Positions 15,761 through 22,422 of a stretch of 32,000 nt of DNA are shown in pieces; the first letter of the stretch is position 1, and each line of letters starts with the position of its first letter. A program made the position numbers and the translations under genes. Under the pieces are notes generated by a model. That model was given only the letters and a program-made list of their open reading frames with translations. It was not told where the DNA came from and searched no databases. Location of the stretch: positions 120,001 through 152,000 of the forward strand of contig NZ_CP040089.1 of NCBI RefSeq assembly GCF_009617975.1. Reading direction: 5' to 3'. Source of the stretch: Candidatus Nanohalobium constans (lineage in GTDB: Archaea; Nanohalarchaeota; Nanosalinia; Nanosalinales; Nanosalinaceae).

Positions 15761-16615
15761 TTGTCGGGTCAAGAAATTTTCGATCAAGAGGAACTTGAGG
15801 AGGTAGATAGAAGGTCTCGTTATCAGAACATTCCTGATTCCGGTTCTGATCTCTTAGGTCATGATTTGGACACTTATGTTCAAGGGAAGATCTTGGTTGA
15901 TGATTCGGAAACTGGCGATGATTTTAATATAGACAAACATTTTGGAAACAATTCTGACTTTGAGAGTCTTGGTTTGGAGCCTGAAGGATGGGAGGGCGAA
16001 CCTAGTCGCAGTGATATCCTGGATGCCTACCATGTTTTGAGAAGAAATCCTGTTGCTGAAGACCCATTTGAAATCTTGGAGGCGGGGGTTGAGCAGGCTC
16101 CACAGTTCGCAGGGCAAGTTATTTACCGTACGCTGAAAGTTGCAGAAGCAGCCAGAGAGTATGAAAGAATGAGAAACTCTCGGGCTCCAGATGAAGCAAT
16201 TCGGGTAGGAGATGTGGTCTGGGCGTTTGACGAATTCTCAGGGATTGAAATGGATTATGGAGGCATTGAAGAAGATAAGGAAGTTGTAGGTAACGAAGCG
16301 ATGCAGTTTATATCCAGTACCATGGTTCAGAATGCATACGAAAAAGGAGTTACAGGAGATACACAGGTCATGTTGGAAGAGACTGAAGATGGAAACATAG
16401 GTCTTATCTACGAAAGCGACTTGTCAAGTGTGGAAAACGAGAACGGAGATATTCAGGGACACGACATATTCAATTACACTCCCGATGCTGAAGAATATAA
16501 TGGACTTGGATTGCCGGTCTCAGCATACATCACCGAGAAGTTCGGAGGAGACATAGAGTACAACGGGGATGAAGATACTTTCAGAATCGACTTCACCTTC
16601 CAAACTCCAGAATAA
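15761..16615 (+). CDS. acidic soluble protein with histidine-kinase-like ATPase (HATPase_c-like) C-terminal half and possible degenerate H-box
   Basis: N-box-like MVQNAYEKG, G2-box-like YNGLGLPVSAYITEKFGGDIEY followed by F-x-I-x-F, and AYHVLRRNPV about 100 aa upstream of the N-box Asn. TTG start is uncertain; there is no in-frame ATG near the 5' end. Confidence 0.5.
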   Translation: MSGQEIFDQEELEEVDRRSRYQNIPDSGSDLLGHDLDTYVQGKILVDDSETGDDFNIDKHFGNNSDFESLGLEPEGWEGEPSRSDILDAYHVLRRNPVAEDPFEILEAGVEQAPQFAGQVIYRTLKVAEAAREYERMRNSRAPDEAIRVGDVVWAFDEFSGIEMDYGGIEEDKEVVGNEAMQFISSTMVQNAYEKGVTGDTQVMLEETEDGNIGLIYESDLSSVENENGDIQGHDIFNYTPDAEEYNGLGLPVSAYITEKFGGDIEYNGDEDTFRIDFTFQTPE

Positions 16616-17878
16616 TCAGAACTCTACTCCAGACTCTTCATACAACTCGAAGTTCTCAAGTAGTTCTGAAACCTTCTCCCGAACTTTAGTTCTAACACCT
16701 GAATCTCTAGGATTCTTCACAACTTTCCCAATCATCTCACCGATTTCTTCAAGTTCCTCCTCTTCCATCCCTCGCGTTGTCAATGCAGGAGTACCGATTC
16801 TAATTCCAGAAGTGACCATCGGAGGTTCGGGGTCGTAAGGGACTGCGTTCTTGTTAACCACAATATTAGCCTCTTCAAGAGCACTTTCAGCTTCTTTGCC
16901 GGTAACATCTTCTTCTCTGAGGTCAACTAGAACAAGGTGGTTGTCTGTGCCCCCCGAAACCAGTTCCAAGTCATGTTTTCGTAATCCTTCAGCTAACGCT
17001 TTGGTATTTTTCTTGATCTGTTTTGCATAGTCTTCGAACTCGGGTCTCATAGCCTCTTTGAAGCAGACTGCCTTACCGGCAATCTGATGCATCAACGGAC
17101 CTCCCTGGCTGTAAGGGAAGACTGCTGAATCTACATCCTCAGCGTATTCATCTTTACAGAGGATCATTCCTCCACGGGCGCCACGGATTGATTTATGAGT
17201 CGTAGTAGTCACGATATCACACTGTGGGAAAGGATTTGGGTGCTCTCCAGCAGCCACCAGGCCAGAGATATGCGCTATATCGCACATAAGCAACGCATCA
17301 ACTTCATCAGCAACCTCTCTAAACATCTCGAAATCGATTTCTCGAGGGTAAGCAGAATAACCGCAGACAATCATATCTGGTTCATGCTCTTTAGCAGCTT
17401 GCAAGATATCTTCTTTCTCAAATCTCTCCGTCTCCTTGTTGATGCCGTATGTGGCGAAGTCGAATAGATCTCCGGAAAAATTTATTCCATGACCGTGCGT
17501 CAAGTGACCTCCATGAGAAAGCACTGGGCCTAGTATTTTGTCGCCAGCATCTAGTTGAGAGAAATAAGCTGCAAAATTCGCCTGAGAACCAGAGTGTGGC
17601 TGTACATTGGCATGATCTGCATCAAAAATTTCGCATGCTCGTTTCCGAGCTAAGTTCTCAACTTTATCGTGATATTCACAACCTGCATAGTATCTTTCCC
17701 CAGGGTAGCCCTCCGCGTACTTATTGGTCAAAACACTACCCTGTGCCTGCAGAATTTGTCGAGGTACAAAGTTTTCTGAGGCGATCATCTCCAGGGACTC
17801 GCTTTCCTGCCTCTCAACCTCATTCTTCAACGCTTTGTAAACCTCAGGATCAGCCTCAGAAAGATCACGATGTTCCAT
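16616..17878 (-). CDS. glyA: serine hydroxymethyltransferase
   Basis: ELIASENF-like [33 protein letters not shown], and [14 protein letters not shown] (PLP Lys) motifs. 420 aa. Confidence 0.95.
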   Translation of the reverse strand: MEHRDLSEADPEVYKALKNEVERQESESLEMIASENFVPRQILQAQGSVLTNKYAEGYPGERYYAGCEYHDKVENLARKRACEIFDADHANVQPHSGSQANFAAYFSQLDAGDKILGPVLSHGGHLTHGHGINFSGDLFDFATYGINKETERFEKEDILQAAKEHEPDMIVCGYSAYPREIDFEMFREVADEVDALLMCDIAHISGLVAAGEHPNPFPQCDIVTTTTHKSIRGARGGMILCKDEYAEDVDSAVFPYSQGGPLMHQIAGKAVCFKEAMRPEFEDYAKQIKKNTKALAEGLRKHDLELVSGGTDNHLVLVDLREEDVTGKEAESALEEANIVVNKNAVPYDPEPPMVTSGIRIGTPALTTRGMEEEELEEIGEMIGKVVKNPRDSGVRTKVREKVSELLENFELYEESGVEF

Positions 17879-17917
17879 GATTAGGTGTGAGAAAGTTACT
17901 CATATTTGTCTTTCGAC

Positions 17918-18397
17918 TCAGGTATAATCTGCCTTATCAGGAATCACATTTCTAACTCCTCCCTTAGGATTCTCAACATCTCCCTCGTATCTTGGGATAA
18001 CATGGATATGAAGATGGTCGATTGTCTGACCTGCGGCTTCACCTTCATTTATTCCAACATTGAAGCCGTCTGGATTTTTCTTACTGTTTAAAGCATCGCT
18101 TATAAGTTTCTCTGATTTCTCTGGAGGTTTAAACTCTAGAATTTCCTGATAATTCTCTTCTATCTGTTCTTTACCGATAGATTTGCATTTTATAATCAAA
18201 TCCTGTACTCTGCTGAATTCTTCCGTAGTTACATCATCTATTTTCTCCACATGCTGTCGGGGAACTATCAAAAAATGTCCAAAACTAGCTGGAAAAGGAT
18301 CCAGAATAACTCTAAACTTGTCTGTCTCAGTAAATACAGCTTTCTCAGCTAGGCTGTCGAATTCACAGAATAGGCAACTACTCATACGGAAACTCAA
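17918..18397 (-). CDS. HIT-family nucleotide hydrolase/transferase
   Basis: CLFCEF N-terminus and histidine triad QTIDHLHIHVIPR. An alternative start lies 4 codons downstream (MSSCLFC). Confidence 0.8.
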   Translation of the reverse strand: MSFRMSSCLFCEFDSLAEKAVFTETDKFRVILDPFPASFGHFLIVPRQHVEKIDDVTTEEFSRVQDLIIKCKSIGKEQIEENYQEILEFKPPEKSEKLISDALNSKKNPDGFNVGINEGEAAGQTIDHLHIHVIPRYEGDVENPKGGVRNVIPDKADYT

Positions 18398-18440
18398 TGA
18401 AACCTAAACTAAATTAATTTTTTGATTTTGCAGGAGTTCT

Positions 18441-20795
18441 CTAAGGCCCTCCTGCATTAGCCTTGGAGGGTCTGCCTCCATTACTGTTGGAGTCTCCATT
18501 GCCATTTGATTTGTCGGAGTTGCTCGATCCAGAGTTACTAGATCTTCCAGAACTTTCTTCCGTATTTGAATTCTTTCCTACATCTACTTCAGCTTCCGCA
18601 CTTCCTTCAGCACTGGTTTCCACATTCCCTGCTTTGGCTTCAGTTTCTGCTCCTGCTTCTGTATCTTGATTGGTGCGTCTCTGGTTGGGTTCTTGGTTTT
18701 TCTGTCTGTTTTGTCCTTCCTGTCTATTTTCTCTGTCTGGCATGTTTTCTTTCTCTCCGTTCTGGGATCCATTGGCTCCTGTTTCGCTCCTGTTCTGTGA
18801 GTTTTCAGGTCTTTGTTCTCTTTGAGATTCCTCTTGCCGATTTCCTCTCTCTGGTTTTTCTCCATTTCTCTTTTCTGACTTGTTCTGATTCTCTCCTGGA
18901 TTTTCGGGTCTTGACTGGTTGTCTTCTCTTTCTTTTCTCTCCTTTTCGACGTTTCTCAATGTGTTTTGCAGTCCTTTTTTGGCTTGTTCTGGTGCGTCCT
19001 TTATGACTCTGTTGAGGGTTTCTTTGGCTTCTCTTGAGGCGTTTTCGCTGTTTCCTGCGGTATTTCTTAATTCTTTGACTGCTTTTTCCGCTGCCTTGTT
19101 GTCGCCTTTTTCTGCCATTGCTCTTGCTTCGTTTGCTCTTTCTTCCATCACGCTTTCTTTTGTTCTCAGCCCTACTGCTACTGAGGCTCTGTCGAATGCA
19201 AGGTCAAGTCCGTAAAATGGGGAGTTTGGGTTGAAGAATCCTGCCCTTGCTTTTCTTGCGGTGTCACTTGCCTGAGACGGTAAATCTGGTTTGGTCCCGT
19301 TTCTTGTCTGATTTTCTTCCTCAGTCTCGTTTTCTTCTGTTGGTACATCTGTGTTGAAGCTCTGTGTTCCTGTACTGCTTGTGTTGATTCCGTCTGTTAC
19401 TTCTGCACTCCAGCTGTAAGTCGTGTTTAGGCTTAGGTTTGCTGCTGTATGTGTTATCTCTCCGTATCCTTCCTGCTGGCTTACTTCCTCTCCTTCTAGG
19501 TAGAATGTTGCGTTCAGCGTCTCGTTATCTTCATCAGTTGCATTTATTGAGAGTTCTGCCCCCGCTGATTCATTCAGCAGCTTAACCTGCGTTCTTAATG
19601 CTTCTGCCGTTGGCGCCTGATTTTCTGTCTGGTTCGTGGTCGCTACCTGTTGGTATGCTGCGTAAGCATCCAGTCTTCCAGCTCCTTGATCTTTTTCATC
19701 GAATCCAAGGTCTTCTGCAGTGTATGTTGTGATATTCTTTACTTCTGCAGGCGTCAAGTCTTTTTCAGCTAGAAGTAGTGCTGCTGTTCCTGCTACTTGA
19801 GGTGTTGCCATGCTTGTTCCTGAAAGTGTTTCGAATTGTGGGCTGTCTCCGTCGTTTTTTGTTAGTGAAGTGATGCTCTCTCCAGGTGCGACTAAATCTG
19901 GTTTGGTTCTTCCGTCTGCTGTTGGTCCTCTACTTGAGAAGTCTGAGATTTCTCCGTTGCTGCTTGAGCCTACTGTGATTGGTTTTTGTGCGCATCCTGG
20001 TGCTGTGATTGTTTCGCTGTCTGGGCCGTTGTTTCCTGCTGCGACTGTAACTGTTACTCCTTGTTCTACTGTATTGTCAACTGCTTCTGAGAGTGAGCTG
20101 GTTCCGTCGCACTGTTCTACTGCTGCTCCAAGGCTTAGGGTCGCTATGTCTAAATTTTTGTCTGCTGCCCATTCTAATCCTGCAATCACATCGGATGCAC
20201 TTCCTGATCCTTCCTGATCTAGAACCTTAACGTCGAATAAGTCGGCTCCGTAAGCTACGCCTCTGTATTCTTCACTTGGTGAGGCTATTGTTCCTGCAAC
20301 ATGTGTTCCGTGTCCGTTTAAGTCGTCTGTTCCTTCTCCTGTGTAGTCAACCTGGTCTTCTATGTTGAGTATTGTGTTGTCTTCTATTCCTGTGTCGAGT
20401 ACTGCTACGTCGACTCCTGCTCCTGTAGTATTCTGATTCCAAACCTCGTCTGCGTTGACTGTTGAAGTGCTTTCTGAGAGCCGTGTTTTTACGTTGTAGT
20501 CTGGCTGTATCTCTCTTACGAAGTCTCTGTTGGCAAGGTTTTCGGCTGCCACCTTCGGAATAGAAACTGCGACGCCGTCTATTATGTTGAAGTCGTGGCT
20601 TATGTTTCCGTTAGCGTTTTTTACTGCATTTCTGGCTCTTTCGTTTGCGTTAGGCTGTGTTAAAATTATTGCATCTATTTTCTCCGTGTCAGGTCTTTCT
20701 TCGAGCCTGTCCCCAAGTTCAGGTGAGATTTGTGCTGACGCTGTTGTTGCTGTTAGAAGTGCTGCGAACGCTAGAATAACGGCTTTTCGGTTCAT
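18441..20795 (-). CDS. secreted subtilisin-like (S8) serine protease with long C-terminal extension
   Basis: Signal peptide MNRKAVILAFAALLTATTASAQ and an I9-like propeptide. Catalytic VAVLDTGI (Asp), NGHGTHVAGT (His) and SGTSMATPQVAG (Ser). These are followed by a sequon-rich beta-sandwich-like segment, a helical segment and an approximately 190-aa low-complexity tail. Confidence 0.9.
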   Translation of the reverse strand: MNRKAVILAFAALLTATTASAQISPELGDRLEERPDTEKIDAIILTQPNANERARNAVKNANGNISHDFNIIDGVAVSIPKVAAENLANRDFVREIQPDYNVKTRLSESTSTVNADEVWNQNTTGAGVDVAVLDTGIEDNTILNIEDQVDYTGEGTDDLNGHGTHVAGTIASPSEEYRGVAYGADLFDVKVLDQEGSGSASDVIAGLEWAADKNLDIATLSLGAAVEQCDGTSSLSEAVDNTVEQGVTVTVAAGNNGPDSETITAPGCAQKPITVGSSSNGEISDFSSRGPTADGRTKPDLVAPGESITSLTKNDGDSPQFETLSGTSMATPQVAGTAALLLAEKDLTPAEVKNITTYTAEDLGFDEKDQGAGRLDAYAAYQQVATTNQTENQAPTAEALRTQVKLLNESAGAELSINATDEDNETLNATFYLEGEEVSQQEGYGEITHTAANLSLNTTYSWSAEVTDGINTSSTGTQSFNTDVPTEENETEEENQTRNGTKPDLPSQASDTARKARAGFFNPNSPFYGLDLAFDRASVAVGLRTKESVMEERANEARAMAEKGDNKAAEKAVKELRNTAGNSENASREAKETLNRVIKDAPEQAKKGLQNTLRNVEKERKEREDNQSRPENPGENQNKSEKRNGEKPERGNRQEESQREQRPENSQNRSETGANGSQNGEKENMPDRENRQEGQNRQKNQEPNQRRTNQDTEAGAETEAKAGNVETSAEGSAEAEVDVGKNSNTEESSGRSSNSGSSNSDKSNGNGDSNSNGGRPSKANAGGP

Positions 20796-20833
20796 GAATC
20801 GACTTATAACAAGTTTGTTGAAATAAGGTAAGG

Positions 20834-21481
20834 TTACTCGTCGATCAGCATCCTAATCACTAGCTGCAGGATTTCGACGAATACACCCATGTAGGCGATG
20901 TAGATTCCTATTCCGTTCATTAGTGTTCTGCCTGGTCTCTGTTTCATTCTCCAGATCTCGTAGACGAGGTAGACTATGAAGCCAATCAATACGAGGATGA
21001 ATGTGAGCAAGAGTAGAGGTGGGAATGCGCTGCCGATTAGACCTGTTCCGAATGCGCCTAGGAAGAGATAGTTTGAGTATCTCCCCCATGTTCTGAAGTT
21101 TTTACCTGTGCCGTAGACGAGGAGTGCTGCAAGTAAGGCGATAAATGTAGTTATTATTGCTGTAAGTCCTAGTGCTAGTGGGAAAGCATTTGGCGGTATT
21201 AGGGAGAGTATTCCGCCTCCAAATATTCCATACGTTATTTCTAGAAGTCCTACGCCGCTTAGAGCTAGGCCTGTATTATCTGCTTTTATTCCTTTTCTGG
21301 CCAGGTACCTTCCAGCCATTAGTCCTGCGCCGAAGATAATCATTCCGACTATTGGAATTGAGAAGATGATATCTGTAAGATTTGAAAGTGGAGAAACTGC
21401 TACTGCAGCCATTATCAAAATATTTGCCAGTATAAGCCCTAAGCTGACTCCAATACTCTTCAGTTCTCCATCTCCTAACAT
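20834..21481 (-). CDS. multi-pass membrane protein, BAX-inhibitor-1/YccA-like
   Basis: About 7 hydrophobic segments. The C-terminal pattern FIVYLVYEIW....GIGIYIAYMGVFVEILQLVIRML resembles the BI-1 family end (..yDt......a..LYLD.iNlFl.lL.il). Confidence 0.55.
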   Translation of the reverse strand: MLGDGELKSIGVSLGLILANILIMAAVAVSPLSNLTDIIFSIPIVGMIIFGAGLMAGRYLARKGIKADNTGLALSGVGLLEITYGIFGGGILSLIPPNAFPLALGLTAIITTFIALLAALLVYGTGKNFRTWGRYSNYLFLGAFGTGLIGSAFPPLLLLTFILVLIGFIVYLVYEIWRMKQRPGRTLMNGIGIYIAYMGVFVEILQLVIRMLIDE

Positions 21482-21505
21482 ATGATATCGAATTGTTCCG
21501 GAAGG

Positions 21506-21512
21506 TTAAAAA
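21506..21512. promoter_or_regulatory. central TATA-like element (TTAAAAA) shared by the divergent BI-1-like gene and tmk
   Basis: Exactly 25-31 nt from both the minus-strand ATG (21481) and the plus-strand GTG (21537) in a 55-bp spacer. Confidence 0.5.
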
Positions 21513-21536
21513 CACTCTTCATCCGAAGTTCTTTCC

Positions 21537-22271
21537 GTGACTGAAAACAGCGATCCTGGAACATTCATAGTGATAGAAGGTCCTGATGCTTCTGGTAAAG
21601 AGACTCAGACAGGACTTCTTGTTGAATGGTTGAGAGAAAACGACTTTTCAGAAATTAGTTCTGAAGATGAGCAACAACTGATTGAAAAGATGCCAGGAAA
21701 TTATCCGGATCCAAGTGCTGAGAAAATTGAGGATAGTATAGAAAACGGTGTTTGGAGGCTTTCATTCCCGACTTATAGCCAGACTCCGGGAGGTAGGCTA
21801 GTTGGCGCATATCTTGATGGAGGTTTCGGCGCCCGAGAAGATCTTGATATGGAAACAGTTGTTGATATTTATGCCTCTGATAGGAAGCAGTTCAAGGAGT
21901 TGATAGCAGAGTATTTATCTGAAGGCGGTATAATTGTCTGTGACAGGTATAGAGAAGCTAACCTGATTCACCAATTGGTAGGATTTGAGGGAGAAGAATG
22001 GAGAGAAAAACTAGAGTACATCAAGTCTATCGATGCTGATCTTCCGGATGCTGACAGAGTTTTCTATCTGGATATCGCGCCTGAAGAGGCTAAGAGGAGA
22101 ATGGAGGGTAAAGACAAGGATATCCACGAACTTGATGACAGCTACATGAAAAAATCGAATTTGAATGGCGGTAAAGTCGCTGAACATGAGGGATGGAAAA
22201 TTATTGATGGTGAAAGAGGCCCTGAAGAAGTCTTCAAAGAGATGAAGAAACTAGTAAAATCTCTGATCTAG
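21537..22271 (+). CDS. tmk: thymidylate kinase
   Basis: P-loop FIVIEGPDASGKETQ, SFPTY....GG, and the CDRYREANLIHQ (DRY) motif. Contains an approximately 40-aa acidic insertion after the first helix. GTG start. Confidence 0.8.
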   Translation: MTENSDPGTFIVIEGPDASGKETQTGLLVEWLRENDFSEISSEDEQQLIEKMPGNYPDPSAEKIEDSIENGVWRLSFPTYSQTPGGRLVGAYLDGGFGAREDLDMETVVDIYASDRKQFKELIAEYLSEGGIIVCDRYREANLIHQLVGFEGEEWREKLEYIKSIDADLPDADRVFYLDIAPEEAKRRMEGKDKDIHELDDSYMKKSNLNGGKVAEHEGWKIIDGERGPEEVFKEMKKLVKSLI

Positions 22272-22280
22272 AAAAATAGT

Positions 22281-22353
22281 TGGCAGGGCCGGGATTTGAA
22301 CCCGGGTCCGTACAGCCCCACTGTACGATTATAGTCCACTAAACCACCCCGCC
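22281..22353 (-). tRNA. tRNA-Pro (anticodon GGG), 73 nt, no encoded CCA
   Basis: Minus-strand sequence is GGCGGGG-TG-GTTTAGTGGACTATAAT-C-GTACA-GTGGGGC-TGTAC-GGAC-CCGGG-TTCAAAT-CCCGG-CCCTGCC-A. It has a 7-bp acceptor stem (one G-U), a canonical T-arm GGGTTCAAATCCC, a U33-GGG-G37 anticodon loop and an A73 discriminator. The D-stem is weak, and G32/C38 could extend the anticodon stem. Confidence 0.8.
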
Positions 22354-22396
22354 AAACGAAGATTCGTTTGAGCGATCAAGCTGCACAAGGCAGCTT
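22354..22396 (-). other. two short stem-loops between the NFACT stop and the tRNA-Pro 5' end
   Basis: AAACGAA/TTCGTTT (22354-22369, 2-nt loop) and AAGCTGC/GCAGCTT (22378-22396, 5-nt loop) are both perfect 7-bp inverted repeats. Their function (terminator or tRNA leader processing) is unknown. Confidence 0.3.
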
Positions 22397-22422
22397 ACAA
22401 ATTGAAGTTAAGCAAGCTAATT

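Noticed and set aside
18441-19010. Possible tandem DNA repeats or a CRISPR-like array in the pyrimidine-rich stretch at the protease 3' end
   Set aside because: I could find no exact or regularly spaced repeat unit. The region is in frame with the protease and encodes a low-complexity E/N/Q/R/S/G tail, so this is compositional bias and not a repeat array.
22272-22422. tRNA gene as an integration hotspot (looked for an integrase, att-like direct repeats of the tRNA 3' end, or an island boundary)
   Set aside because: Flanking genes are housekeeping (tmk, NFACT). There is no integrase or recombinase, and I noticed no duplicated copy of the tRNA 3' segment in the window.
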